Both the position numbers and the translations under genes were made by a program. The notes under the pieces were generated by a model. It made no database searches. It saw only the letters and a program-made list of their open reading frames with translations, and was not told where the DNA came from. A stretch of DNA of 64,000 nucleotides from a virus, in IMG/VR virus record IMGVR_UViG_3300036790_000034, positions 33,492-97,491 of that record. One strand, written 5' to 3'. Of this stretch, positions 46,868-56,361 are shown one piece after another; positions within the stretch are counted from its first letter, which is position 1, and the number at the start of each line of letters is the position of its first letter.

Positions 46868-47101
46868 TTACACCAACACTCTCTTCTTGATACGCGTATA
46901 CGGCAGGAGGAGAATCCACTGACGTTGGATGGCCTCACGCGTGACATGAATCGCACGATTGCGAACGAAGCGGAGTTTCTCAGCCGTCATCGGCTTCGTG
47001 ACATCAGCGAATTGGTTGACACCTGATGCGGCCTTCCGCTTGAGCGTCATCAGATGTGGCTGTTTGTCTTTGCCAGTGACTCGGTGAAGTTTCGGTTTCA
47101 T
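46868..47101 (-). CDS. Small basic protein (copy 1 of a duplicated gene)
   Basis: Coupled to the upstream gene; a second copy lies at the window end. Confidence 0.65.
   Translation of the reverse strand: MKPKLHRVTGKDKQPHLMTLKRKAASGVNQFADVTKPMTAEKLRFVRNRAIHVTREAIQRQWILLLPYTRIKKRVLV
46902..47080. repeat. 179-bp exact direct repeat, copy 1
   Basis: Identical to 63822-64000 (offset 16920). Confidence 0.95.
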
Positions 47102-47319
47102 ATTTTCTCACCTACCTTCGCAACAGCGTTGTTGAAGCGAACGTCGCTATTAACGCGGACGCGTTCGGTCTCCGCACGGAAGTGTTCGACCATTATAGCC
47201 GCGAGGTCCGCACGGAATTTCTTATCGCCCGTGCTGGCTGCGTGCATGATGTTGTTTGCGAACTCCCTTGGCGAGTAGTTCGGGCTTTTGATTTTTTGAT
47301 TTGCTTTCAGTTTTGGCAT
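47098..47319 (-). CDS. Hypothetical protein
   Basis: AGGAGG RBS. Confidence 0.6.
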   Translation of the reverse strand: MPKLKANQKIKSPNYSPREFANNIMHAASTGDKKFRADLAAIMVEHFRAETERVRVNSDVRFNNAVAKVGEKI

Positions 47320-48154
47320 TTATGCCTCCTAAAGTGTTGAGAATTTTCTTGACTGCGATACCACGTTCGAGGATACCTGATAATTCTTTTCCTGTCAAGC
47401 CGGGATGCCAGTACTTATTACTAATCCTTGTCTGGCTGCACGTTGTACACTCAGGGCTATGTAATCTATACCATTCTGATAATCTAACCCATGATGCCTT
47501 GCCACAGTCACATAGCAACTCAACTTCTTGATATATCTTAATTTTTCGTACTCGCAATACTCTCCGTCGTCCCTGCCTACGTCCTATATGCACCGGGAGT
47601 CTGCGATTAAAACTTTCACAGCTACGACAACGTAAAGCCCTCCCGCCGGAGAGAGCACCCGCTGCCTGCCATATGCGAGACCCGCAGACGCAGGAGGTTT
47701 GGACGAGAAGTTTCCCTTTGTAGCATTGTTTTTTAAGCACTGTGCGATTTCCGAAAGTCATACCAATTTTAACTTTGGAACGTCCCCGGAGTTCACATTT
47801 TGAACACCGCGAGGAACGAGGTACGGCATAAGCATATGCCCAGTTAATGGTCCCACAGTCGCACAGCATACGCCATTGAAGGTTCTTTTTCCTTCTTCTA
47901 GCTTTGATAACGGTGCGGGTTCCAAAACGTTGTCCTAACAATGTTTTTATCTGTCCTTGGCCACATTTTATGCACAACTTTGTACGACGGGCGTTCGCTA
48001 CTGTCATCCATATGGATATCTCACCACACTCGCATCGTAACTTTATCCAAGTCCCGGCGTCCTTCTTAATACTAACGACTACTCTCTTCCCGAATCTCTG
48101 GCCGACTTTTACATCTCGGGGTCTCATGTGTCGCTTTACGCGTTTAGTTATCAC
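47222..48154 (-). CDS. Protein of four tandem G.RFG.R.V...C.CG...C..C Zn repeats (homing-endonuclease-type DNA-binding modules)
   Basis: Four clear repeats; AT-richer than its neighbours; no nuclease domain seen. Confidence 0.65.
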   Translation of the reverse strand: MITKRVKRHMRPRDVKVGQRFGKRVVVSIKKDAGTWIKLRCECGEISIWMTVANARRTKLCIKCGQGQIKTLLGQRFGTRTVIKARRRKKNLQWRMLCDCGTINWAYAYAVPRSSRCSKCELRGRSKVKIGMTFGNRTVLKKQCYKGKLLVQTSCVCGSRIWQAAGALSGGRALRCRSCESFNRRLPVHIGRRQGRRRVLRVRKIKIYQEVELLCDCGKASWVRLSEWYRLHSPECTTCSQTRISNKYWHPGLTGKELSGILERGIAVKKILNTLGGINAKTESKSKNQKPELLAKGVRKQHHARSQHGR

Positions 48155-48855
48155 GCATTTGCCTTCCGTGTCTCGCCGTCCTCTTCGTAGATTCGTTCGA
48201 CAGGGAAGCCGCCGCGAATCAATTCCTGCACGACCTTGGTCGAACCGATGCGGACCTGTCGGATGTTCGGATACTGGCCGCTGTACTTCTGATGACCGAA
48301 GTTGACGCCGACTGCGTCACGTATCATGGTCGTCAGTGCCGGGAAGTTCGCGAAGTCAACATTCCACTTCGAGCCGCCTGACGTTTTGCGTTTGCGAATG
48401 GAGACGAGGTCACACGCTTGGTCGAGGTCAATCTGCTTGATGTCGGCCAACTCCTGAGCGACCTTGGAGAAATTTTTCTCGGTCGCGTAGACCGTAATCT
48501 TGCAGCCACGCGAGGCGAGTTCAATCCCCAGCCATTTGAATTCAGAGCAGGTGACATCGGGTTCATCCTTGTCGAAGGGCACGGTCATGAAGTGCGTCAG
48601 GCCGTCCGCTGTCGCCGCCTCGTACGCTTCCTGCGAGGCGTCCTTCTTGACAGCAATCTTCTTCGGTTTGGGGTCTTCGTATGGCTCCAGCTTCGCGACT
48701 TGAGCGGCGGTCTCGATGCCGGACTTGTCGAACTTGACACGCTGGTAGGTGACGGGATATTTGGCGTCGTCCTCGGGGTCTTTGAAGAACTCGCTGGTGA
48801 CCGTGCCCACGCCGTAGAACGTGCTGATGACTCGCTGTCCAATGTCAAAGGCCAT
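48151..48855 (-). CDS. Hypothetical protein with an N-terminal SH3/Tudor-like domain
   Basis: FDIGQRV....YG.GTV; AGGAGG RBS. Confidence 0.55.
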   Translation of the reverse strand: MAFDIGQRVISTFYGVGTVTSEFFKDPEDDAKYPVTYQRVKFDKSGIETAAQVAKLEPYEDPKPKKIAVKKDASQEAYEAATADGLTHFMTVPFDKDEPDVTCSEFKWLGIELASRGCKITVYATEKNFSKVAQELADIKQIDLDQACDLVSIRKRKTSGGSKWNVDFANFPALTTMIRDAVGVNFGHQKYSGQYPNIRQVRIGSTKVVQELIRGGFPVERIYEEDGETRKANA

Positions 48856-48901
48856 AGGTGTTGCCTCCTGAATCAAGATTATCACGGGGAAGGGCCGAGG
48901 G

Positions 48902-49135
48902 TCAACTAACTTCTTCTACCTCGACGTTTCTGAATCCGAACGACACAATCATTTTGACGCTGGTGATGCGACGACTTCGCAGTGCGGGCTTCTTCAGCAA
49001 ATCCTTGACGGCGTTCGCCGCCGCGACACGGATGTTCCCGCCCTCGCCTCGGCCTTGCTGATACATGTTCTTGACGAGTAGTTCGGGGAACGTCCCTTCA
49101 ATGAAACACGTCTTGATTGTCTTCGGCTTGTCCAT
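48902..49135 (-). CDS. Hypothetical protein
   Basis: GGAGG RBS. Confidence 0.55.
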   Translation of the reverse strand: MDKPKTIKTCFIEGTFPELLVKNMYQQGRGEGGNIRVAAANAVKDLLKKPALRSRRITSVKMIVSFGFRNVEVEEVS

Positions 49136-49177
49136 GAGAAATCCTCCAGACAATAGTATAGCACGCGTGTCAAGCCC

Positions 49178-49540
49178 CTAGTTTTTCGATGCGTCGGAAT
49201 TTTCCTTCGCTTCACGCTTCCGGCGGGCCGTGATGCTCTCATCGAGATACTTCGCTTCGCGGGCCGCGTGACTCTCTGTGTTGACGGAGATGAGACGCAC
49301 CGCGTTGACTTTCTCGCCACGAATGAAGGCGGGTCCGAGGTCGATGACATCATCCTGATGAATGTACTCCGGCAGCATGACGGAATTGCCTTGTCGTGTC
49401 GGCGGGTTGTATGTGAACTTCGGAGTGTCAGCGGGCATACGGAATCCAGTGTCGCGAGTTGGACTCACGCTCTTGTCGCCGTTGACGTGTCGGCCTGTCT
49501 TCGTGTCGGCAGGGTTCTGCAAATTCGGAATCGTGAACAT
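49178..49540 (-). CDS. Hypothetical protein
   Basis: AGGAG RBS. Confidence 0.55.
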   Translation of the reverse strand: MFTIPNLQNPADTKTGRHVNGDKSVSPTRDTGFRMPADTPKFTYNPPTRQGNSVMLPEYIHQDDVIDLGPAFIRGEKVNAVRLISVNTESHAAREAKYLDESITARRKREAKENSDASKN

Positions 49541-49614
49541 GGGGTCTCCTAGAGTCTTAGGTCGCTACCCGATTTATTCGTATCGCATTCTAGCCCTCGG
49601 AGGGCCAAAATCAC

Positions 49615-49833
49615 TTACAGATTTTTCCAGCGTTGCTGCATTGCCTCGAACTCAACCTTCGCCGCATCCCATCCACGTTCCCATATTACGCGTGGTGTCG
49701 GTGCGTTCTCCGGGTTGTTGCGTCGTTCGATTCCCATGCGATAGGCCAGCTTGCCCTTCGCAGCGATGGCATCGTTGACAACGGCTTCCCGTTGCAGGTT
49801 CGCCTTGACTTGCTCCAGTGCTGCACTCTTCAT
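49615..49833 (-). CDS. Rmf-fold-like small protein
   Basis: G..AY..G....NP......W.RGW..A; AGGAGG RBS before ATG 49833. Confidence 0.55.
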   Translation of the reverse strand: MKSAALEQVKANLQREAVVNDAIAAKGKLAYRMGIERRNNPENAPTPRVIWERGWDAAKVEFEAMQQRWKNL

Positions 49834-49841
49834 GTTGCCTC

Positions 49842-50003
49842 CTAGCCGATTTTCGGCTTCTGTGAATTCGGGTTCAGCTTTCGCCACTTCAGATTCGGGC
49901 AGCGGCACCACCATCCATCAAGTCGCTCAACGTACTTGTGCAAGCAGCCGAGACAACGACCACACGCAGGGCACCGATGCTCTACATCATGTCCGCAAGT
50001 CAT
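49842..50003 (-). CDS. 53-aa Cys-rich protein (not in the ORF track)
   Basis: MTCGH...CPACGRCLGC...CRC; ATGA overlap with the upstream gene. Confidence 0.5.
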   Translation of the reverse strand: MTCGHDVEHRCPACGRCLGCLHKYVERLDGWWCRCPNLKWRKLNPNSQKPKIG

Positions 50004-50410
50004 ACGTACTTCCTCAGATAGACAGCAAGACCGAGAATCTTGTCGATTGAATCATCCAGCAATCCCAACGCTCTGTTACACCTACCACATAATAGTCCGC
50101 GAAGTTTCTTGGACTCGTGATTGTGGTCCTGCTGTGCGTCTGAACATGAATCGAAGTAATATCCGCACGCAGGATTGGCACATAAACTATTTTGTGTTTT
50201 GAGTAAAGACTCTTTGCCCTCCAACGTCTGTCCATAGTTCTTTTTCAACGACCAGTTCGCCATATAAAGTTGATTGGTCTTCGGGCCTCGTTGAGAATCC
50301 AAGATACACCGCCGACAACATTTTGCTGGGTTCGGACGGTTCTTCTGCTGACGCATGTAGATATTCGACGGCACCATCAGGTGACCCCGTTTGCATCGCC
50401 GTGTTGACAT
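50000..50410 (-). CDS. Endonuclease VII-family homing endonuclease
   Basis: CKRGH..CRRC; CANPAC; DHNH...LRGLLCGRCN.ALG. Confidence 0.85.
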   Translation of the reverse strand: MSTRRCKRGHLMVPSNIYMRQQKNRPNPAKCCRRCILDSQRGPKTNQLYMANWSLKKNYGQTLEGKESLLKTQNSLCANPACGYYFDSCSDAQQDHNHESKKLRGLLCGRCNRALGLLDDSIDKILGLAVYLRKYV

Positions 50411-50903
50411 TTCTATTTCCTCTCATGTACTCGTCGAACGTCAGTCGCGGGCTTATCTGTAAAATCTTGCAAAGCGTCTTCGGCCACTGCGGGGATGCTG
50501 CATAGACCTTGGCAATCTGTGCGAAGGTCATCTCGCGATTGTAGTACGCGGAATCGTCATCGAGCACCTTGCGAATTTGCTGGTAGAGTGCAGCCCATCC
50601 GAACTGGTCACCGCGAAACACGACGTAGCCGTGGTAAAGACCTATCTGGCCTTCGTATGCGTGAGGCAATCGCGACCGGATGTCCCCCGGATTATGAAGC
50701 CTGTTTGGGAGAGTTCCCCGGACGTAGAAGCCTTCCGTGCGTGCTATCGCATGAGCAAGCCGTGCGACCTTCTTGTCAATCTCCGTCTGCTGTGCCCAGC
50801 ATGTGCCGACCAGCAGAAGTCCCAGCAACTTCGCAATCACGAACCGTTTGAGAATTCTCATGCGTGCCCTCCGGTTAGGAATTTTTATTTGCGGGCCTTC
50901 CAC
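50187..50903 (-). CDS. Signal-peptide-bearing lysozyme-like protein (NPGxI family)
   Basis: AIARTEG; R.HNPGDI; F.....GW.AL..QI; T...I..VYA. Termini uncertain. Confidence 0.55.
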   Translation of the reverse strand: MEGPQIKIPNRRARMRILKRFVIAKLLGLLLVGTCWAQQTEIDKKVARLAHAIARTEGFYVRGTLPNRLHNPGDIRSRLPHAYEGQIGLYHGYVVFRGDQFGWAALYQQIRKVLDDDSAYYNREMTFAQIAKVYAASPQWPKTLCKILQISPRLTFDEYMRGNRNVNTAMQTGSPDGAVEYLHASAEEPSEPSKMLSAVYLGFSTRPEDQSTLYGELVVEKELWTDVGGQRVFTQNTK

Positions 50904-51024
50904 ATCGCCCTGTCGTCTGCGAACATTTGTCGTATACGTTGTAAACGGTACTTATGCCAGATGAGAATCAGGACGACCGCCCCGACCGCCAACGCGAACA
51001 TTGCCAGCCCTGTGATTAGTCCGT

Positions 51025-51267
51025 TCATTGTCCCATCTCCCCGGTCGTAAATGGCTCGTCCTGAAACTTGATTCGCGAGTACGCATCGGCGTCCCGCTTC
51101 AACCGCGTCAACTCCGCATCGGCCACGAGTGCCCGCTTCAGCAGTGCCAGCAGAGCCGTCCGCGAGTCTGTCAACTCTTGCAACGCCTCTGGGGAATCGT
51201 CGCCGTCACGTTCAACAGCAGAGACCGCTCCCTCCCATCGCGTCAAAACTTTCTCAAGGTCTTCCAT
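51025..51267 (-). CDS. Hypothetical protein
   Basis: GGAGG RBS. Confidence 0.5.
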   Translation of the reverse strand: MEDLEKVLTRWEGAVSAVERDGDDSPEALQELTDSRTALLALLKRALVADAELTRLKRDADAYSRIKFQDEPFTTGEMGQ

Positions 51268-51268
51268 G

Positions 51269-51799
51269 CTACCTCCCCGCCGCCGCCGCGAATGCGGACG
51301 ACGCCTGTTCTTCAGTCGCCTCAAGGTACACCATCGTGTTCTTGCCGTTGACGTGGCCCAGATACGTTTGCAATTCAGGGATGCCCATGCCGCCTTCGTA
51401 TCCGAGGCGACCACACGCGTGCTTCAATGCGTGAGCGTGGCACTTGTGCTCGGGCACGTTCGCCAGCTTGCCGTACCGACGCATCAGCCGATTGAACTGA
51501 CGACGGGCCGACTCGCGATTCTCAATCTCAGGCAGGAAGAAATAGCCTGTCGAGGTCGCGGCCAGTTTCATGAGTGCCTCACGTTCGCCGCCCAGCAATG
51601 GCTGTATCGTTCGCTTGCTGCCCTTCAGCCGTTGCACGTCGATGAGTTCCGCCGGAATGTTGTCCGCCGTCAGGCCCAGCGTCTCAGAGACGCGGAGACC
51701 ATGATTGAAAGTACACAGCAGCATAATCCAATGATTCTCGCTGTGCTTTTTGGCGACTTCCAGCAGAGCGTCTAGTTCCCCGACCGTGAGAGCCTTCAT
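51269..51799 (-). CDS. Small FimB/FimE-like tyrosine recombinase
   Basis: HGLRVSE; RLKGS; HAHALKHACG; YLGH; TMVY; catalytic domain only (176 aa). Confidence 0.85.
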   Translation of the reverse strand: MKALTVGELDALLEVAKKHSENHWIMLLCTFNHGLRVSETLGLTADNIPAELIDVQRLKGSKRTIQPLLGGEREALMKLAATSTGYFFLPEIENRESARRQFNRLMRRYGKLANVPEHKCHAHALKHACGRLGYEGGMGIPELQTYLGHVNGKNTMVYLEATEEQASSAFAAAAGR

Positions 51800-52215
51800 A
51801 AATTTCTCCTATCCCGAATATGATACCCGAGATTGCGGAGGAAGTCAACCATCTCCCGTTCACTAATCCCTGCTGGGTGGATACGGTACACGATGAGGTT
51901 CTTTATCCGGTTATCCGCCCGTTTTCCATTCCGATGATGCACAGTTTCGGATTCGCTTAACTCTCGCCCCAAGAAACGCTCCATGACGAGACGGTGGAGC
52001 ATCTTCAACTTCCCATCATACCAAATGTGAGCATACCCCTTCTTAGTAATAGGTTGTCGCGGCGTGCGTTTGTTTTTGACCAGCCTATCGAGGAGTCGCT
52101 CGATACGAAGGTTATTATGTTTTCGCTTTTCCTTCGCATTCCTGCGAAGGGCACACACTAAGCAGTATCCTTCGGGGGCCGAACATATAAATTGCCGACT
52201 TGTACCCATCGCCAT
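51796..52215 (-). CDS. HNH endonuclease (HNH_3-type)
   Basis: KGY; HRLVME..LGR.L...ETVHHRNG.R.DNR..NL. Start uncertain. Confidence 0.8.
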   Translation of the reverse strand: MAMGTSRQFICSAPEGYCLVCALRRNAKEKRKHNNLRIERLLDRLVKNKRTPRQPITKKGYAHIWYDGKLKMLHRLVMERFLGRELSESETVHHRNGKRADNRIKNLIVYRIHPAGISEREMVDFLRNLGYHIRDRRNL

Positions 52216-52327
52216 TTCTTGCAGAGGTCGCATAACAACCACACATGCCGACCCTCGGCAGCCCGAATGTGCAGATGCGGCCATCGTTTTCTAGCGGCAT
52301 CGAGGATTGAATAATTTGTCCAGCGGG

Positions 52328-53242
52328 TCATTCGCTCATATCCTTTGCATCTCTCCAGCCTTTCCAAAGCGGGTGACGCGGCTTGTCGATGGAACCGACC
52401 GGGAAATACTTGTACGTCAGAATCTTCCCGACGACCTTGCCCTTCTTATATTGCTCCCACACTGCCTTGCGTTCCGCGTGGGTCATCGGTGAGACCGCGA
52501 CATCGTGCAGGACGGTGTCGTAGGTGCCGTTGATGCTGCGGACCTCGAAGCCGCCCAGCGTGTCCTTCGCGACCTTGCCGTCCTTCGCCGCAGAGCGTGC
52601 CGTGCGTCCGAGTTCGTTCGTCGTGGCGACGTTTGTGTTCTCGTACTCAGGATAGCAGCCGACGACTCTCGCCTCGGCATCGACGAACCGTTTGACTTTG
52701 AGGAGAATGCCTTCCTTCTCCGATGAGCGACCGTGCTTGTACTCGTCGTAGAGCGAGTTGAGCATGACGCCCTCGTAGCCCTTCTCGATGCAGGCTTCCT
52801 CGAACGACATGAGTTCTTCAAGGTTCGAGATGGTCAAATGCGGAACAATGATAACGCCGTCGTCTTCGATGCTGAGGATGTGGCTGTAGCGATGAACGTA
52901 GTCGCCCGCGATTTGACGGTCGAAGATGTACCACTTCGTGTCGTCAGCGTTTGTCTTTTTGCCGGACTCCATGACGACACGACGGGTCCGGTCGTAGACG
53001 CCTTCGCCGCTGGGTGCCCCGGTAATCAACTCGCCGTCCAGCCCCGGATATTTCGCCGCAATCGCCGCGAGTTTTTCTTGGATGTGCGGGTTCGGGATGT
53101 CCTTCAGACTCCGGCTCCGCAGGATGCCGTCGTGTGCCGTCGCACGGATGCCATCCAGCTTCGGGCTTCCCAGCTTCGGAAATTGAATCGCTGCGAAGTC
53201 CTCGACGTTCGTCGCTAACATTGGCTTGGGAAATTTGCTCAT
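52328..53242 (-). CDS. Minimal ATP-dependent DNA ligase
   Basis: KPMLA; KLDGIR; DGEL; YEGVM; YKHGRS; LLKVKRF.D.EA; PRHP. Confidence 0.92.
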   Translation of the reverse strand: MSKFPKPMLATNVEDFAAIQFPKLGSPKLDGIRATAHDGILRSRSLKDIPNPHIQEKLAAIAAKYPGLDGELITGAPSGEGVYDRTRRVVMESGKKTNADDTKWYIFDRQIAGDYVHRYSHILSIEDDGVIIVPHLTISNLEELMSFEEACIEKGYEGVMLNSLYDEYKHGRSSEKEGILLKVKRFVDAEARVVGCYPEYENTNVATTNELGRTARSAAKDGKVAKDTLGGFEVRSINGTYDTVLHDVAVSPMTHAERKAVWEQYKKGKVVGKILTYKYFPVGSIDKPRHPLWKGWRDAKDMSE

Positions 53243-53421
53243 GCTGTCGCCGCCTTTGCCCTGAGAGATTCAGCGTTCGCCCATATCCACTGAGCGTGCT
53301 CCCGGTATTCCTGTCGGAGCAGCAGGTTCTTTGATTCAGACGACATCCGATGACAATATGCGAACGCCTTCTGATGGTCCTGATTAAACCGCGAGAGAAT
53401 CGCCAGCCGTGTCAGTTTCAT
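53239..53421 (-). CDS. Hypothetical protein
   Basis: GAGGT RBS; ATGA coupling on both sides. Confidence 0.5.
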   Translation of the reverse strand: MKLTRLAILSRFNQDHQKAFAYCHRMSSESKNLLLRQEYREHAQWIWANAESLRAKAATA

Positions 53422-53948
53422 TTTGTGTACCTCATAAGATTCTTGAATTCCTCGAATGTCCCATCCCTCTTGAGTTCGTTACAACGATAACATACAACTC
53501 GCACGTTGTCTAGAGTGTATCCTTTCGTATTATCCCATCGGTCGAGTGACGGGGAATCGCGTTTGTCGTAACCCCGACCTACGCTGTAGTCAAGCAGCTT
53601 TCGACAGCACGCACAATGCGTGGGTGGATTCGCTTTTAGTACATACTTCACTCGTAGCTCGAACGGATGACCCCGACGCATAGCTTTCGCAAACAACGCG
53701 ACTAAACGATTTTCTGGCTTTGAATTCCATCGCTGCCACGATGCTCTAAGTACGCGGGGACATTTCTTTTGATAGGCTCTTTGCCAAGCCCGGATTTTCT
53801 TACGATTCTTTCGACGATACGCAGCAGCTTTCTTAAGACGATTTTCTCGATGACGACGATAACTATTAGCGTCGTTTGCTGTTTTCTTATCCGGGTTACA
53901 GCCAGCCCACTGTCGCATGTATTCTCGATGTTTTGTTTTCTGGCTCAT
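53418..53948 (-). CDS. HNH-type homing endonuclease
   Basis: CACC; SPSLDR.DN.KGY..DNV.VVC.RCN..K. Confidence 0.85.
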   Translation of the reverse strand: MSQKTKHREYMRQWAGCNPDKKTANDANSYRRHRENRLKKAAAYRRKNRKKIRAWQRAYQKKCPRVLRASWQRWNSKPENRLVALFAKAMRRGHPFELRVKYVLKANPPTHCACCRKLLDYSVGRGYDKRDSPSLDRWDNTKGYTLDNVRVVCYRCNELKRDGTFEEFKNLMRYTK

Positions 53949-54790
53949 CTAAATTTCCTACCTGAATTTCCCCACAATAACAAGTCCGCATCACCGCTCG
54001 TTGGTTTCTGTTCTGCGTTTGCAACCTTCTGTCGTTTGAATTCTGCGAATGCCGCTGCTTCTTCGTTGTCGAGATTCGCTATCGCGGCCTTCGCCGGACT
54101 CACCTTGCCGAGTCCGTACGTGTGTTTGACGTTGATGATGTGCTTGCAGTCCTTGCGTGGGGAGTGCTGAGTGAATGCACGGCAAGAGCAGGCCCAGCCA
54201 TCCGCCGACGTGCCGCCGTCAACTTTGTTTTTCTTCGAGACGATGTACGGCTCTTTCGCGGAACCCTGATAGCCCCACTGCTTTGTCCACAGCGGCGAGG
54301 ACGACGCGGGAATCTCCCAGATGTCGCCTTCTTCCCGCTTCAACAGGACAGGCTTCTTGATGGGCGAGTTGAACTGGTTGGAAAAATTCGTCACGGGTTT
54401 TGCTTTCTCCATCCCGATTTCTTTCATCCAGTCATGCTTGTTCTTCATCATCGCCTTCTTGTCCTCCATGTGGCAATCGACGCATGTGTTGCCCGCGTAC
54501 GTCTCGTGAACTTTCTTGTTGCACTTCGAGCACTTCAGGTCGAGGTCGAGTCTATATTCTACCAGCATCCCGCTCGTGACGCAAGCCTGATTCCACTCCG
54601 CGATGAGAGCGACCGCATCCTCGAACGTCTTCGGCTGAAGTGCTGTGCCGAACCACTCGGTAATCCAGCCGCCGCCTTTGTAGTCCGCCGTCTTCGGGAA
54701 GACAACGCCGCCCTTTGACTTCTGGAGTAGCCGACGCTGATAGACGCTCCACTGAACGTGCTTACACTTTCCTTTTGCTGGAGCACTCAT
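53945..54790 (-). CDS. SWIM zinc-finger protein
   Basis: GS...PY.V; WACSC.AF......CKHI; C-terminal GRKFR. Confidence 0.7.
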   Translation of the reverse strand: MSAPAKGKCKHVQWSVYQRRLLQKSKGGVVFPKTADYKGGGWITEWFGTALQPKTFEDAVALIAEWNQACVTSGMLVEYRLDLDLKCSKCNKKVHETYAGNTCVDCHMEDKKAMMKNKHDWMKEIGMEKAKPVTNFSNQFNSPIKKPVLLKREEGDIWEIPASSSPLWTKQWGYQGSAKEPYIVSKKNKVDGGTSADGWACSCRAFTQHSPRKDCKHIINVKHTYGLGKVSPAKAAIANLDNEEAAAFAEFKRQKVANAEQKPTSGDADLLLWGNSGRKFR

Positions 54791-55464
54791 TCGCCTTCTC
54801 CCCGAAACCTCCGACCTTCGACAACGTTCATGACGACGCCCGCCTGCTGTGGCTTTACCTCAGCCTTCGGTGAATCTGTCGTGGGTTCGCCGGGGATGTA
54901 GTTCCCGTCGTACTCCATCTCTTTCAACATCCCGCAAAACGACTGGTCTCCCGGTTGTGTGTACGTGTCAATCCGCAGCGTACGCGTCCGGCCATCCTTG
55001 CCGACCGAATCACACAGTCGCAGCGTAATCGTTTTGTCGGCGTCCTCGCAGACCTCACAGGCCGACGTGAGCAGAGCACGCAAGGCGTCACCGTTGCATG
55101 TGAACTTAGCAACCTGTCGTTCTGGGCCGGGGAATACTTTCTTCCAGTCAGGGATGACCCATTGCGGACCCGTGATGTCTGGCTTGCCGTCCGGCAGTTC
55201 GACCAGTGTCGCACTCTCCGGTGCTGGCCGCTCAATCTTCGCGATGTCATCGTGCGGGATGATGACGCTATGCTGGTGACCCTTTGCCACGTCGGGCAGG
55301 CTTACTCTCGCTGCCAGTGCGTTCGTCACCACGCTTGTTCCCTCGGGGCCGACGTGCATGTAGCGAAGGCGTCTCAGCTTTTCCGTCATCTCCGGCGACG
55401 GATACTTTGCCTTTGCCATCAGCCGCAGCACGCTCAAACTTTTCCCGTTGACCTGATAGTTCAT
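54787..55464 (-). CDS. Beta-clamp-like hypothetical protein
   Basis: VVTN..LA.V and .PDWKKV.P patterns recall sliding-clamp domains; near-terminal GRRFR. Confidence 0.45.
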   Translation of the reverse strand: MNYQVNGKSLSVLRLMAKAKYPSPEMTEKLRRLRYMHVGPEGTSVVTNALAARVSLPDVAKGHQHSVIIPHDDIAKIERPAPESATLVELPDGKPDITGPQWVIPDWKKVFPGPERQVAKFTCNGDALRALLTSACEVCEDADKTITLRLCDSVGKDGRTRTLRIDTYTQPGDQSFCGMLKEMEYDGNYIPGEPTTDSPKAEVKPQQAGVVMNVVEGRRFRGEGE

Positions 55465-55608
55465 AAGTCTCCCCTTGGCAGAGTCCGTATTCACATCCGC
55501 AACCTTCGCACGTCCCGGTCAAGTCCAGTGTCCAGTGAGCATAGACCCAGACGTGCAGTTTCGTTTCGTGTCCGCAGTAGGGACACTTCGCATGACTCGG
55601 AACATTCT

Positions 55609-55848
55609 TCATGGTCCCGGCTCCTCGATATTCGCCAGCGGTGCGTGCTCGACACGCCACTCGTCGTACGACATCGTCGGCAGGACTTCGCCCGCGTCAC
55701 TCTCCAGCCAAGCGAACCACACGCCGCGTTCAGGATGACTCATCCGCTTGATGAACTCATCTCGCTCGAACTCAGCCGTGTGCCTGCGATTGCAGGTCGC
55801 GATTTCGTAGCGAAGGTCGCCATCACATTGCCAGTATGCAGTCCACAT
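55609..55848 (-). CDS. Hypothetical protein
   Basis: GAGGGG RBS before ATG 55848. Confidence 0.45.
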   Translation of the reverse strand: MWTAYWQCDGDLRYEIATCNRRHTAEFERDEFIKRMSHPERGVWFAWLESDAGEVLPTMSYDEWRVEHAPLANIEEPGP

Positions 55849-55918
55849 CAGTGCCCCCTCGTTGCGAACTCGAAGATGATGACGACCCACAATCCAATTT
55901 CGATTGCGTCTCGCAGTG

Positions 55919-56080
55919 TCAGCAGAATTTCGTGACCTCGACGACCCATTTGTCATTCTCCTCGTAGGCCGACTCGTAGGATACGTGGTCGGAGTCAACG
56001 AAGTCAATGCCCTCGGTGAAGGCGATTGCTTCAGCTTCGGTGTCGAACTCTTCGCGGTAGACCTGAGAATCAGTTGCCAT
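55919..56080 (-). CDS. Small acidic protein
   Basis: GGAGG RBS; FDTEAEA.AF..G pattern. Confidence 0.5.
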   Translation of the reverse strand: MATDSQVYREEFDTEAEAIAFTEGIDFVDSDHVSYESAYEENDKWVVEVTKFC

Positions 56081-56333
56081 CTTCCCTCCCCTTGTTGTCG
56101 CACTTCGCACAGTTCTGGCCGTGACCGCCACAGAAGTCGCAGCAGCCATCGCCCACAAAATGCGTGACGCGGTTGCTCAACTGTTTCTGCATTCGCTTTT
56201 TATTCGCGTGGGTCCGATTGCTCTGGCACCAGCCACAGCTTCCGCCCGTCCGACAGCTACGGCTATGCTTCGCCGCACCCCGGTACGGCTTGCGGTGTTC
56301 CTTCCCCGCCGCGATAGCTTTATCCAGTGACAT
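56070..56333 (-). CDS. Small basic Cys-rich protein
   Basis: SLDKAI..GKEHRKPYRG...SCR.GG.C.WC..NR; GGAGGT RBS. Confidence 0.55.
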   Translation of the reverse strand: MSLDKAIAAGKEHRKPYRGAAKHSRSCRTGGSCGWCQSNRTHANKKRMQKQLSNRVTHFVGDGCCDFCGGHGQNCAKCDNKGREDGN

Positions 56334-56361
56334 AGAGACCTCCCTGCCGGATGGGGCACCG

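Noticed and set aside
49155-49173. Perfect TTGACA and TATACT boxes on the minus strand
   Set aside because: Only 7 nt apart, incompatible with a sigma70 promoter as written; could be a deletion remnant or chance.
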